Source of the DNA: Smithellaceae bacterium | GTDB lineage: Bacteria > Desulfobacterota > Syntrophia > Syntrophales > Smithellaceae | Direction of reading: 5' to 3' | Assembly: GCA_963667845.2 (NCBI GenBank) | Contig: CAXXVL010000002.1 | Location: 2,976,001 to 3,040,000, forward strand | Length of the DNA: 64,000 bases | In this document: positions 1 to 9,935 of the stretch, one piece after another | Position numbering within the stretch: the first letter of the stretch is position 1 | Layout of the letters: every line of letters starts with the position of its first letter | Made by a program: the position numbers and the translations under genes | Notes under the pieces: model-generated | The model's database searches: none | Told to the model about the DNA's origin: nothing | What the model saw: the letters and a program-made list of their open reading frames with translations, nothing else

Positions 1-146
1 CCGTCTTTTTATGTGAACCGGAGATTCAGGATGTTCTGCAGCTGCTGGAAGACAAAGGTGTCGTCGTCGAATTGAAGCGGGTTCCCAGGGAAAAAGCGGT
101 GAACATCAAAGATGCTCTAAAGGAGTTCTGCCCGGTAAAACAATAG
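1..146 (+). CDS. PTS mannose/sorbose-family IIB component, 3' end (truncated by window)
   Basis: Frame 3 reads VFLCEPEIQDVLQLLEDKGVVVELKRVP...KQ* (TAG 144-146), like Man-family EIIB C-termini; directly upstream of IIC. Confidence 0.7.
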   Translation, partial: VFLCEPEIQDVLQLLEDKGVVVELKRVPREKAVNIKDALKEFCPVKQ

Positions 147-162
147 CGAGGATCCTACGATA

Positions 163-858
163 TTGTTTATAAAAATCATCTGTATTTCTTTTGCAGGCGG
201 CCTGCTGTGTCTCGATCGCGTTTTCATCCAGGCCATGATTTCCCGGCCCGTCATTATCGCCCCGGTGGTCGGCCTCATTCTGGGCAATCCCTATGCGGGG
301 TTGATCGTTGGAGCGATACTGGAACTGCTCTGGATTGATCGCATTCCCATCGGTATTTATATCCCTCCGAATGATTCCATCGCCGCTGCTTTTGCAGCTT
401 CGCTGGCCATACTTACCGGCCAGTCACTGGGAGCTGTGACGAATGACCTGATGGCCCTGGCAATCCTCATCGCAATTCCATTCGGCATCCTGGCGAAGAA
501 GATCGACGTCAAAATCATCGAATCCAATAATTTTCTCTCCGATCAGGCTCTGGCGGCGGCCAAAGTCGGCGATTTCCGCGCGATAGAAAGCAAGACCTAT
601 CTGGGTCTGACCAAGGTATTCCTGTCTTATCTTGTCTTGCTTCTTATCTTACAAATCACCTTTATTCCCTTGCTGATCTGGATTTATCCGAAATTGCCGG
701 CCCAGATCCATACCATGTTGTCGCTCACTTATTTCTTTTTGCCGCTCCTGGGCATTGCTGTCGGAATCAACACGATTAAACTGCGCGGTGCGATCCCCGT
801 TTTCTGTGTGATTTTCCTGGTCGTTGCCGCAGCGCTGGAATTTTTCAATGTCTTCTAG
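163..858 (+). CDS. PTS mannose/fructose/sorbose-family IIC component
   Basis: Hydrophobic ORF with QAMISRPVI, G..LELLW and PIG.YIPPN motifs of EII-Sor/Man IIC. Confidence 0.85.
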   Translation: MFIKIICISFAGGLLCLDRVFIQAMISRPVIIAPVVGLILGNPYAGLIVGAILELLWIDRIPIGIYIPPNDSIAAAFAASLAILTGQSLGAVTNDLMALAILIAIPFGILAKKIDVKIIESNNFLSDQALAAAKVGDFRAIESKTYLGLTKVFLSYLVLLLILQITFIPLLIWIYPKLPAQIHTMLSLTYFFLPLLGIAVGINTIKLRGAIPVFCVIFLVVAAALEFFNVF

Positions 859-1333
859 AGAAGCGAAACAACAAGCGAGCGTCGATCTGATGAAAAGGGA
901 AGATCTGCCGGAAATCCTGGCGATTGAGCGCGAGTCTTTCAAAACGCCCTGGACGGAAGGGATGTTCATCGATGAACTGAAGACGAGTCACGCCCAATGT
1001 CTGGTGGTAAAAGTTGATTTCAACGGGAAAGCCGTCGTTGGCGCTTACATCATCTTCTGGGTGGTAGCCGACGAAGTTCACCTGCACAATCTCGCGGTTA
1101 AAAAAGAATTCCGCAGGCAGGGCCTGGCAGCTGATCTGATGAATCTGATGAGGCATATGGCCGGTCAATTGGGAGCGGTCCGGCAGACGCTGGAAGTCCG
1201 CGTGTCCAACGATGAGGCAATCGGCCTTTACCGAAAGTGTGGTTTTGTAGTAAAGGGCAGACGGCCTCGCTATTACACCGATACTCAGGAGGATGCCCTT
1301 ATTATGTGGGCCCAAAACAAACAGGATGAATAA
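848..1333 (+). CDS. rimI: Ribosomal protein S18 alanine N-acetyltransferase
   Basis: IERESFKTPW, NLAV...RRQG, LEVRVSN, RPRYY..EDALIM motifs; ATG at 848 chosen. Confidence 0.9.
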   Translation: MSSREAKQQASVDLMKREDLPEILAIERESFKTPWTEGMFIDELKTSHAQCLVVKVDFNGKAVVGAYIIFWVVADEVHLHNLAVKKEFRRQGLAADLMNLMRHMAGQLGAVRQTLEVRVSNDEAIGLYRKCGFVVKGRRPRYYTDTQEDALIMWAQNKQDE

Positions 1334-1335
1334 GA

Positions 1336-2151
1336 ATGGCTAAAGATATTTATGTCGGAGAAGTATCCCATAACGAAGAAATTCAGGCCGATCATTTTCT
1401 CATGAGGATTAAGCTGCCTGCATGTTTTGCCGAACCCCTGCCGGGGCAGTTTGTGATGGTTCGCATTGCCGGTTTGCAGGACCCCTTTCTGTCTCGCCCC
1501 ATAAGCATTTATTCATTTGCCCGCAGCAAAACGAGCTGCATGGTGGAACTTCTTTATCGTGTCGTGGGCAAAGGAACGCAAATACTGGCCGGGTTGATCA
1601 AAGGGTCGCAAGTTGAGATTTCCGGTCCGCTGGGAGGGGGCTACACGACAGCACCGTCAAGAAAGAACATTATCTTTATTGCGGGAGGCATCGGTGTCGC
1701 GCCATTGTCTTTGCTGGCGCAATATCTCTGCAAAACAGCGTGCCATGACGCAGAAACCATGACGTTTTATCTGGGGGCGCAAACAGCAGAAGCTGTTGTC
1801 GGACTCGATCAGCTTCGCAAGTATTGTTACAAAGTCATTGTCTGCACGGATGACGGATCCCTGGGCGAGAAATCGCTGGTAACAAAAGCATTTCAAAGAG
1901 ACATTAAAAAGTATGCACCCGCAGAGTCGGCGATTTATGCCTGCGGACCGAGGCCGATGCTCCGGTCGTTATCAAAAATGCTGACTGATAAATATTTCTG
2001 TCAGGTGTCGCTCGAAGAACGCATGGCATGCGGCGTGGGGGCCTGCATGGGCTGTGCTGTTGCCATTAAAGATGAAGACAACAAAACGGTGTATAAACGG
2101 GTTTGTGCAGACGGGCCGGTTTTTGATCTTCAGAAAGTGATCTGGGAATAG
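1336..2151 (+). CDS. pyrK: Dihydroorotate dehydrogenase electron transfer subunit
   Basis: PGQFVMV, RPIS, AGGIGVAP, CGP and MACGVGACMGC...C [2Fe-2S] motif; upstream of pyrD. Confidence 0.92.
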   Translation: MAKDIYVGEVSHNEEIQADHFLMRIKLPACFAEPLPGQFVMVRIAGLQDPFLSRPISIYSFARSKTSCMVELLYRVVGKGTQILAGLIKGSQVEISGPLGGGYTTAPSRKNIIFIAGGIGVAPLSLLAQYLCKTACHDAETMTFYLGAQTAEAVVGLDQLRKYCYKVIVCTDDGSLGEKSLVTKAFQRDIKKYAPAESAIYACGPRPMLRSLSKMLTDKYFCQVSLEERMACGVGACMGCAVAIKDEDNKTVYKRVCADGPVFDLQKVIWE

Positions 2152-2153
2152 AC

Positions 2154-3089
2154 GTGGGAACTGAAAAAAGGAAATTCGCAAGCGCGATGACAGTGGACAT
2201 TGCGGGGCTGGGCCTGAAGAATCCGGTTATGACGGCTTCCGGAACCTTCGGCTACGGTGAGGAATATGCCGACTACGTCGATCTTAATCAACTGGGCGGC
2301 ATCGTTGTGAAGGGGCTTTCACTCAAACCCCGGCCGGGCAATCCTCCTCCGCGGATTATGGAAACGTCGGGCGGAATGCTGAACGCTGTGGGTTTGCAGA
2401 ATGTGGGCGTTGATAAATTCATCGAAGAAAAACTTCCTTTTTTACGAAAATATGATGTTGCCGTTATTGCCAATATCTACGGTGAAACCTATCTCGAATA
2501 TGCTCAGGTAGCCAAGAAACTGAGCCGGGCGCAAGGCGTACACGCCCTGGAAGTAAACGTTTCCTGTCCTAATGTCAAAAAAGGCGGATTAAGTTTCGGT
2601 TGCGATCCGGCCTCGGCAGCGGACGTTACACGCCGGGTGAAAGCCGAAACGCATCTGCCCGTGATTGTCAAGCTCACTCCCAATGTGACGGATATTGCCG
2701 CCGTCGCCCAGGCCGTGGAGCAGGCCGGCGCTGACGCGGTATCACTTATCAATACGGTCACGGGCATGTCGATTGACCTCAAGACGAGAACTCCGCGTCT
2801 TAAAAATATCACCGGAGGTCTGTCCGGTCCGGCCATCAAACCGATTGCGTTACGCATGGTCTGGCAGGTGGCGAAACGCGTCTCCATACCGGTGATAGGC
2901 ATCGGCGGCATTATGACGGCCGAAGACGCGCTCGAATTCATGGTTGCAGGGGCAAGCGCGGTGCAAATCGGGACAGCCAATTTCGTCAACCCCTGCGTCA
3001 CAATCGAGATCATTGACGGCATCCGGAATTATCTCAATGACAACAAGATTAGAAATATAAAAGACATTGTCGGATCCCTGCGGACGTGA
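2154..3089 (+). CDS. pyrD: Dihydroorotate dehydrogenase, class 1B catalytic subunit
   Basis: ASGTFGYG, NVSCPN, VKLTPNV, GGLSGPAIKP motifs. Confidence 0.95.
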   Translation: MGTEKRKFASAMTVDIAGLGLKNPVMTASGTFGYGEEYADYVDLNQLGGIVVKGLSLKPRPGNPPPRIMETSGGMLNAVGLQNVGVDKFIEEKLPFLRKYDVAVIANIYGETYLEYAQVAKKLSRAQGVHALEVNVSCPNVKKGGLSFGCDPASAADVTRRVKAETHLPVIVKLTPNVTDIAAVAQAVEQAGADAVSLINTVTGMSIDLKTRTPRLKNITGGLSGPAIKPIALRMVWQVAKRVSIPVIGIGGIMTAEDALEFMVAGASAVQIGTANFVNPCVTIEIIDGIRNYLNDNKIRNIKDIVGSLRT

Positions 3090-3093
3090 GAAT

Positions 3094-3780
3094 ATGAGGC
3101 TGAGAACCGAGGAGATCGTAAGCGGTGTATATCTGGTCGGCGGTCCTGATGTAACGCGGGGCGAAGACGCCGCCGTCTACCTGATTGACTTTTCGGGTGA
3201 CCTCGTCCTGATTGATTCTGGTGCGGGGGGCAGCTCTTCTCAGATTGTTCGCAATATCGAGATGCTGGGACTGAATCCGGCCTCATTATCGAAGGTCATT
3301 CTTACACACTGTCATATCGATCACGTCGGCTCAGCGCCTTTTTTCCGGGAAAAATATGGCGCAAAAATTGTTATTCATGAACTGGATGCCAAGGCTCTGG
3401 AGACGGGTGATTCGATCAGGACGGCTGCCAACTGGTACGGGACAACATTTCCGCCGACGAAAATAGATGAGAAGTTAAAAGACGCGCATGTGACATTGAA
3501 ATTCGGTCAGGAGGAACTGCACTGCCTGCATACGCCCGGCCACACGCCCGGTTCCATTTCCCTTTATCTCGACCGCGCGGACAAACGAATCCTGTTCGGT
3601 CAGGATATTCACGGTCCGTTTAACAAGGCATTTAACTCCGACATCGATGCATGGAAAAAATCCATGCAGCTGCTTCTTGATCTGGAGGCCGACATTTTAT
3701 GTGAAGGCCACTTCGGCATTTACCAGCCTAAAGATAGAGTGCGCAGTTATATTGAACGCTATCTGGAGGAATACGAGTAG
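3094..3780 (+). CDS. MBL-fold metallo-hydrolase
   Basis: THCHIDH, TPGHTPG, GQD, EGH metal-binding motifs; ATG 3094. Confidence 0.9.
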   Translation: MRLRTEEIVSGVYLVGGPDVTRGEDAAVYLIDFSGDLVLIDSGAGGSSSQIVRNIEMLGLNPASLSKVILTHCHIDHVGSAPFFREKYGAKIVIHELDAKALETGDSIRTAANWYGTTFPPTKIDEKLKDAHVTLKFGQEELHCLHTPGHTPGSISLYLDRADKRILFGQDIHGPFNKAFNSDIDAWKKSMQLLLDLEADILCEGHFGIYQPKDRVRSYIERYLEEYE

Positions 3781-3784
3781 ACCG

Positions 3785-4912
3785 TCAGATCAAGGCCAGA
3801 GAGTCCGCCACAGCCATGCCGGCGAGTGTCGGGCAAAGAGAGCCGTTTTTCAATTCCACTAACTTATTCTTAAGCAATTCCTCGATAACGCGTTTCTTTT
3901 CGATCAGCAAGTCGGAATCGAAGCGAGCCTTATAATGTTCGAGGTTGATCCCGTCTTTTGTGCGCATGCCGAGGAAAAGCGCCTCCAGTGCAAGCTGTTC
4001 CATAGAGAGCTTTTCTGTTTTGGCAATGGACTTCTTCCCCTCTGATATATTTTTGAGATAGGGTTTAACGGCTCTGGTGTTCCACCAGCGTTTTCGATTC
4101 AGGAAGGAATGGGCGGCAGGACCAAGGCCCAGGTAGGGCGTATGCCGCCAGTATTTCATGTTGTGCCTGGATCTGAAAGAATCGGAGCGCGCAAAATTCG
4201 ACACTTCATAGTGCGAATAACCTCTGCCCGTTAATAACCGTGATGTCGCCATGAAAAAATTCAGTGCATCATTTTCGGAAGGGTAAGGGAGGCCGTATTC
4301 CCTGTATCGCTTGAAAAGCGGCGTCTTCCTGTCCAGGGAAAGTTGATAGCAGGAAAGATGCTCAGGGAAGAAGGATAAGGCTCTTTCCAATGATTGTATC
4401 CATGATTTCATATTCTGACCATGAATACCGTATATTAAATCAAGACCGATATTTTCAAAACCGGCCATTCGGGCTGCATTCACACAATCGGCGGCTTGCC
4501 CGGCGGAATGTCTGCGTCCAAGGAATGTCAGGAGTTGGTCATCAAACGATTGGACGCCGATGTTCAGGCGGTTAACTCCCGATTTACGAAGCGACTGCAA
4601 ATATTCAAGGGACACATCGCCGGGATTGACTTCCATCGTGATCTCGGCGCGCCGGTCAACAGCGAAATGGGAATTTACGGCATTCAAGATTTCACGGATT
4701 TCCGTTAGTGACAGCAGGGAAGGGGTTCCGCCGCCGATGTAGATTGTATCAAAAACGTGAAAAACTTTCTGATACAAAGGCATTTCGTTTTTGACGGCTT
4801 TTACGAATTCAGGAATTTGATGAGTCGATGAAATGGAATAGAAACTGCAATATCCGCACTTGCTCAAACAAAACGGAATATGAATATAAAGACCTGCTTG
4901 ATTGTTTTCCAT
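3785..4912 (-). CDS. hemW: Radical SAM heme chaperone HemW (HemN-like)
   Basis: YIHIPFCLSKCGYC, GGGTPS, and HNxxYW (RHNMKYW); lies downstream of lepA. Confidence 0.88.
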   Translation of the reverse strand: MENNQAGLYIHIPFCLSKCGYCSFYSISSTHQIPEFVKAVKNEMPLYQKVFHVFDTIYIGGGTPSLLSLTEIREILNAVNSHFAVDRRAEITMEVNPGDVSLEYLQSLRKSGVNRLNIGVQSFDDQLLTFLGRRHSAGQAADCVNAARMAGFENIGLDLIYGIHGQNMKSWIQSLERALSFFPEHLSCYQLSLDRKTPLFKRYREYGLPYPSENDALNFFMATSRLLTGRGYSHYEVSNFARSDSFRSRHNMKYWRHTPYLGLGPAAHSFLNRKRWWNTRAVKPYLKNISEGKKSIAKTEKLSMEQLALEALFLGMRTKDGINLEHYKARFDSDLLIEKKRVIEELLKNKLVELKNGSLCPTLAGMAVADSLALI

Positions 4913-4941
4913 GATGCGTCTGCAGAAAATGCCATTGACAA

Positions 4942-6738
4942 TTAGTCTGTATCGGACTTCAAAACCGCCAGGAACGCACTTTGGGGAATGCTGACGGAGC
5001 CGATCATCTTCATGCGCTTTTTACCGGCCTTCTGTTTCTCCAGGAGCTTTCTTTTCCGGGTGATGTCGCCGCCGTAACACTTGGCCGTGACATCTTTGCG
5101 GAAGGCGCTGATCGTGCTGCGGGCGATGATTTCTCCGCCGATGGCGCCCTGGATGGCGATCTTATACATCTGCCGCGGTATTTCGTCTTTGAGGCGGTCG
5201 CAGGCATTCAGTGCGCGGGCACGGGCGCGTTCGCGATGAACGATTTGTGATAGTGCGTCTACCTTCTCACCGTTGACCAGGATGTCCATCAAAACCAGGC
5301 TGCTTTCCCGATAGTCGATTATATCGTAATCAAAGGAGCCATACCCCTGTGTGACGGACTTGAAGCGGTCATAGAAATCAAAAATGACTTCTGCCAGCGG
5401 CATTTCATAGGATAATTCAACGCGACCGGGGCCGGTGTAATTCAAATTGGAATTCAAGCCGCGTTTTTCCATGCACAGCTTCATCACCGTGCCCAGGTAA
5501 CGCTCGGGGAGCATCATTGACGCACGGATATAGGGCTCTTCGCCTTTGGCGATTTCCGCCGGATCGGGATAGTGCGTCGGATTATCCACATAAACAACTT
5601 TTCCGTCCTTGAGCGTGAAGCGGTAACAGACGCTGGGAACGGACAGGATGATGGAGAGATCGAATTCTCTTTCCAGTCTTTCCTGCACGATATCCAGATG
5701 GAGCAGACCCAGAAACCCGCAGCGGAAACCCTGTCCCAGCGCGGCGGAAGAATCTTTTTCGTAGATGAAAGATGCGTCGTTGAGCTTGTATTTCTCCAGC
5801 GAATCGGCCAGATCCTGGTAATCGTCGGACGCGATCGGATAAATGGAGGCGAAGACGACAGGCTTGACTTCCTTAAAGCCGGGCAGGGGCTGGCTGCAAG
5901 GTCTGTCCTGCAATGTGATGGTATCGCCCGTGCGCACATCCGAAACGGTCTTAACACCGGCGATAATATACCCCACATCCCCGGCGGAGAGTTTTTCGCG
6001 CTTGGTGCGCTGAAGGAGAAAATGACCGACTTCTTCCACTTTATACGTGGACGCGTTGTACATGAACTTGATGATGTCGCCGGCTTTCACACTTCCTTCG
6101 AAAACGCGGCAGTGAATGATCGTGCCCCGAAAGGAGTCGTATTTGGCGTCAAAAATCAAGGCGGCCAGAGGGTTTGAAGCGTCACCAGTCGGCGGCGGAA
6201 TGCGTTCTACAATGGCATCGAGGATTTCTTCGATGCCGATGCCTTCCTTGGCGGAGCATTTGATATGCGTGTCCGGATCGAGTCCCAGTTCGGAATCGAT
6301 TTCTTCGAGCACCCGATCGATATCGGCCGACGGCAGGTCGATCTTATTGATGATCGGGATGATTGCCAGATTATGTTCCATCGCCAGATAAAGATTGGCC
6401 AGCGTCTGAGCCTGCACGCCCTGGGCGGCGTCGATAAGCAGCAAGACGCCCTCGCAGGAGGCAAGCGAACGGGAAACTTCGTAAGAAAAGTCCACGTGAC
6501 CCGGTGTGTCGATCAGATTCAGGATATACTCTTTCCCATCCTTAGCACGGTAGGGCAGGGAGATGGCATTGCTCTTAATGGTGATGCCCCGCTCACGCTC
6601 GATGTCCATATTATCGAGCAGCTGATCCTGAAAATTTCGTTCATTGCAGACGCCGGTAAATTGAATCAGCCGGTCGGCCAGTGTGGACTTGCCGTGATCG
6701 ATATGGGCGATAATGCTGAAGTTTCTAATATTTTCCAT
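4942..6738 (-). CDS. lepA: Translation elongation factor 4
   Basis: [47 protein letters not shown]. Confidence 0.98.
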   Translation of the reverse strand: MENIRNFSIIAHIDHGKSTLADRLIQFTGVCNERNFQDQLLDNMDIERERGITIKSNAISLPYRAKDGKEYILNLIDTPGHVDFSYEVSRSLASCEGVLLLIDAAQGVQAQTLANLYLAMEHNLAIIPIINKIDLPSADIDRVLEEIDSELGLDPDTHIKCSAKEGIGIEEILDAIVERIPPPTGDASNPLAALIFDAKYDSFRGTIIHCRVFEGSVKAGDIIKFMYNASTYKVEEVGHFLLQRTKREKLSAGDVGYIIAGVKTVSDVRTGDTITLQDRPCSQPLPGFKEVKPVVFASIYPIASDDYQDLADSLEKYKLNDASFIYEKDSSAALGQGFRCGFLGLLHLDIVQERLEREFDLSIILSVPSVCYRFTLKDGKVVYVDNPTHYPDPAEIAKGEEPYIRASMMLPERYLGTVMKLCMEKRGLNSNLNYTGPGRVELSYEMPLAEVIFDFYDRFKSVTQGYGSFDYDIIDYRESSLVLMDILVNGEKVDALSQIVHRERARARALNACDRLKDEIPRQMYKIAIQGAIGGEIIARSTISAFRKDVTAKCYGGDITRKRKLLEKQKAGKKRMKMIGSVSIPQSAFLAVLKSDTD

Positions 6739-6747
6739 AGGGATGTT

Positions 6748-6778
6748 AAAAAAAGCCCTCCAGGTATCGGCGGGCTTT
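6748..6778 (-). terminator. Intrinsic terminator-like hairpin between adk and lepA
   Basis: Minus strand AAAGCCCGCC-gatacct-GGAGGGCTTTTTTT: GC stem followed by 7 T. Confidence 0.65.
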
Positions 6779-6801
6779 CTCTACGAATCTTTCCTCTTAA
6801 C

Positions 6802-7476
6802 TTAAACCAATTTCTTCATAAGATCTTCGGATACTTCTTTCACACCGGCGCGTCCATCAACAATGATGACCTTGGTTCTTTCCTTGAAATAGTTGACGCC
6901 GGCCAGCGTACCTGTTTTCGTGTCATAATAAATGCCGTGACGTTTGTCGATGGCTGCGGCATCCTGATCATCGGCGCGCGTGGTCAATTCTTCGCAACCG
7001 CACACGCGGCAGACGGGCTTGCCGTTCTTTTCAGCCGGTTTGATGGCGTCGATAAAGATATTGTTGGGATGGTTATTGTCCGTTTTGCATAAACGGCGTC
7101 CCATGATGCGCTTTTTCGCCGTTTCGCGGTCCAGATCGATTTCAATGACAAAATCGAGTTTAATGTTTTCTTTTTGCAGGGCTTTCCAAAGCGCCTCAGC
7201 TTGGGCCAGATTACGGGGGAACCCGTCCAGCAGCCAGCCCTTCTTGGCATCATCTTCCTTCAAACGATCCAGGATCATCGGGATCGTGATATCATCGGGA
7301 ACGAGTTCGCCTCGGTCAATGAACGCTTTTGCCTTTTCTCCGAGCGGGGTTTTCTTTGAAATATTTTGACGGAAAATAACGCCGGTTTCAATGTGCGGAA
7401 CTCCATATTTCTTCTGAACGATCGCGCCTTGCGTGCCTTTTCCACTGCCGTTTGGGCCAAATATTAGAATGTTCAC
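6802..7476 (-). CDS. adk: Adenylate kinase with metal-binding LID
   Basis: GPNGSGKGTQ P-loop, LDGFPR, LID C-x5-H-x19-C-x2-C. Confidence 0.96.
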   Translation of the reverse strand: MNILIFGPNGSGKGTQGAIVQKKYGVPHIETGVIFRQNISKKTPLGEKAKAFIDRGELVPDDITIPMILDRLKEDDAKKGWLLDGFPRNLAQAEALWKALQKENIKLDFVIEIDLDRETAKKRIMGRRLCKTDNNHPNNIFIDAIKPAEKNGKPVCRVCGCEELTTRADDQDAAAIDKRHGIYYDTKTGTLAGVNYFKERTKVIIVDGRAGVKEVSEDLMKKLV

Positions 7477-7568
7477 TTTGTTGAAACTCCTTTCGTAATA
7501 AATATTAAAGTAAGTGCCTTATAATGTATTGCATCTTTTTTCGCAACGACAAAGATTGACCGGTGGTT

Positions 7569-9044
7569 TTAGATTAAAAATCCGTTTTTAAAGGGGATTT
7601 TTTCAGGATCATCTTCTTGCCTGTCTGATTTTTTCTCCGGTTTTTTTGGTTTTTCGGCGGTCAATTCTTTTATCGCACCGGAAATAGCGATCGCCCGCGG
7701 TGTTCCTTCGGGGTAAAACTCGAGCGCTTTACGGAAATGAAAAAGAGCGCTTTCTTTCTTTTGCTCTTTTTTGAAATACAAACCAAAATAGTAATGAGAT
7801 TCTCCCTGTTCATTCAGCCTGCCATAGGACATGGCTATGTGGTAGTTGATGTCTACAGCATCAACAATTTTCTTATCCTGCAGCGGTAGAAAACATGTCA
7901 ATGCGCTTTTGAAATCACCGGCGGCAAAATGCGCCTTGCCTAAAGCGAGTGATATATCTTCGTTCCCGGGATCGATTTTGGACACCCGCAGCAGATACGT
8001 GCGAGCCTGCGCTGCATCGCCTGTTTTCAGGTATATCAAGCCGATATGGGTTAAAATATCTATATCTTGCGGTGCAAGTGTCAGGGCTTTATTCAGGTTT
8101 TCAAGCGCGGCATTTGTGTGACCGAGCTGATCTTCCGTCAAGCCCAACGTATAGAGAAGATCAACGTTGCGCGGATCTTTTTGCAGGGAATCGAGAATCT
8201 GTTTGCGGTGTTTATTGAGATCGTCAGTGTCCTGAGCGATTAACGCCTGCATTCTCAAAAAATTGCCGACGATATTTGCGGCGCCGCGGCTTTGGCGATA
8301 CTGCGTTTGAAGAAGGCTGTCGAGATAAAAAATACGATCATCCGTACCCGGATGCGTCCGGAGATAGGTCGGCACGGTCCTGGATAAAAATTCATATTGT
8401 TTAATGATCTTGAGAAAATCAACCATGGCTCCCGGATAATAGCCGGCATTGACCAGATATCCTATGCCCAGGCGATCCGCTTCCTCCTCGTGCTCCCGCT
8501 GATATTTGAGGGCCATTGACTGAGCGCCGGCAACGGAAAAAGCGGCTATAGCCGCTGTTGCATCACCCCCGCCGCCGAGGAAGGCGCCGGCGATAATTGC
8601 CGCCAGCATGGCAATATTGAGCTTTTGCGACTTTTCGATAATGCTGGCAACGTGGCGGGCGTTGGCATGAGCGATTTCATGCGCCATGACGCCGGCCATC
8701 TGTGCCTCGTTTTCAACCGCGGAAATCAACCCCTTGTTAATGTAGATATAGCCGCCCGGTGTGGCAAAAGCATTGATTCCGGTGCTGTTAAAAATGGAGA
8801 AAGTGAAACGGAAAGGAACCTTATTGCTCTGGGCCAGAATTCGATTGCCTACGCCGGAAACATAAGCGTTGAGTTTCTTGTCCTGAAGCAGGAAATTATT
8901 CTTTTCGAGTTTGTCATAAATTTCTTTGCCCAGTTTTCTTTCGTCATCCAGCGTAAAAGCGGCTGATACATTTTGTACTCCCAAAAGTATCAGGAATAAT
9001 ATTAGGGCCAAAGAAAAGAATTGCTTTTGAATAATTTTGCGCAT
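7569..9044 (-). CDS. M48 family metalloprotease with TPR repeats (BepA/YfgC-like)
   Basis: Signal peptide, NAFATPGG, AHEIAH, EEEADRLG, YLRTHP; C-terminal TPR-like helices. Confidence 0.9.
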   Translation of the reverse strand: MRKIIQKQFFSLALILFLILLGVQNVSAAFTLDDERKLGKEIYDKLEKNNFLLQDKKLNAYVSGVGNRILAQSNKVPFRFTFSIFNSTGINAFATPGGYIYINKGLISAVENEAQMAGVMAHEIAHANARHVASIIEKSQKLNIAMLAAIIAGAFLGGGGDATAAIAAFSVAGAQSMALKYQREHEEEADRLGIGYLVNAGYYPGAMVDFLKIIKQYEFLSRTVPTYLRTHPGTDDRIFYLDSLLQTQYRQSRGAANIVGNFLRMQALIAQDTDDLNKHRKQILDSLQKDPRNVDLLYTLGLTEDQLGHTNAALENLNKALTLAPQDIDILTHIGLIYLKTGDAAQARTYLLRVSKIDPGNEDISLALGKAHFAAGDFKSALTCFLPLQDKKIVDAVDINYHIAMSYGRLNEQGESHYYFGLYFKKEQKKESALFHFRKALEFYPEGTPRAIAISGAIKELTAEKPKKPEKKSDRQEDDPEKIPFKNGFLI

Positions 9045-9157
9045 AGTCAGAAAATTAGTCCATATTTTATGTATAATGTCATATTACCTGCTTTAAAAAG
9101 ATTAGGCAAGTTTTCCTTGCGAAGAGAAACGAGAGTCGAAAGGGAGATAATCGAGAT

Positions 9158-9838
9158 ATGGGGAAAGTCGTCACCATTGATGGACCGGCAGGCGCGGGAA
9201 AAAGTACGGTCAGTAAAGCTTTAGCAGATCGTTTGCATTATTTATACTTGGACACTGGGGCGCTTTATCGCGCGCTGGCTCATAAAGCGGTGACGAATAA
9301 AATCAATTTGAATGATCCGGATGAACTTGCGAATTTGTGTTCGACGACGGACATTACATTGAAGAATCGCGATGGCAAAATGGCCGTCTTTGTTGATGGT
9401 GAGGATGTCGGCGACAGAATCCGGACGGAAGAGGTCGGACTGGCTGCGTCTACGATATCGGCCTTTCCGGTGGTGAGAAAGAAATTACTTTCCTTGCAAA
9501 GAGAAGCAGGAGCTCAGGGCGGGATCGTGGCGGAAGGACGGGACATGGGATCGGTCGTTTTTCCGGACGCTGATTTCAAATTTTACCTGGATGCCAATAG
9601 GGAAGAGAGAGTCAGAAGGCGGCACGTGGAGCTCTTCCAAAAGAACGGATCGGCGGGGCTCGCAGCAGTCTCCAAGGATTTGCAGGCCAGAGATGATCAG
9701 GATTCACAACGAAAAATTGCGCCCTTGACGGCGGCCCCGGATGCCGTGATCATCGATTCCACTCACATGGACGTTTCACAGGTAGTCGAAGAGATCCTGA
9801 AACACATAGCAGGGCGTATCGGCGAGCGAGCATTGTAA
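9158..9838 (+). CDS. cmk: Cytidylate kinase
   Basis: IDGPAGAGKST, LDTGALYR, EGRDMGSVVFPDA; upstream of rpsA. Confidence 0.97.
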   Translation: MGKVVTIDGPAGAGKSTVSKALADRLHYLYLDTGALYRALAHKAVTNKINLNDPDELANLCSTTDITLKNRDGKMAVFVDGEDVGDRIRTEEVGLAASTISAFPVVRKKLLSLQREAGAQGGIVAEGRDMGSVVFPDADFKFYLDANREERVRRRHVELFQKNGSAGLAAVSKDLQARDDQDSQRKIAPLTAAPDAVIIDSTHMDVSQVVEEILKHIAGRIGERAL

Positions 9839-9935
9839 CTGCAGCGGGGCTTGATTTGGTCTTGCTATTTAATCTTCGGTATGTTAATTAATGAAGATTA
9901 AAAAAGTCTTATAAAAATTAGGGGGTATTAGGTAA

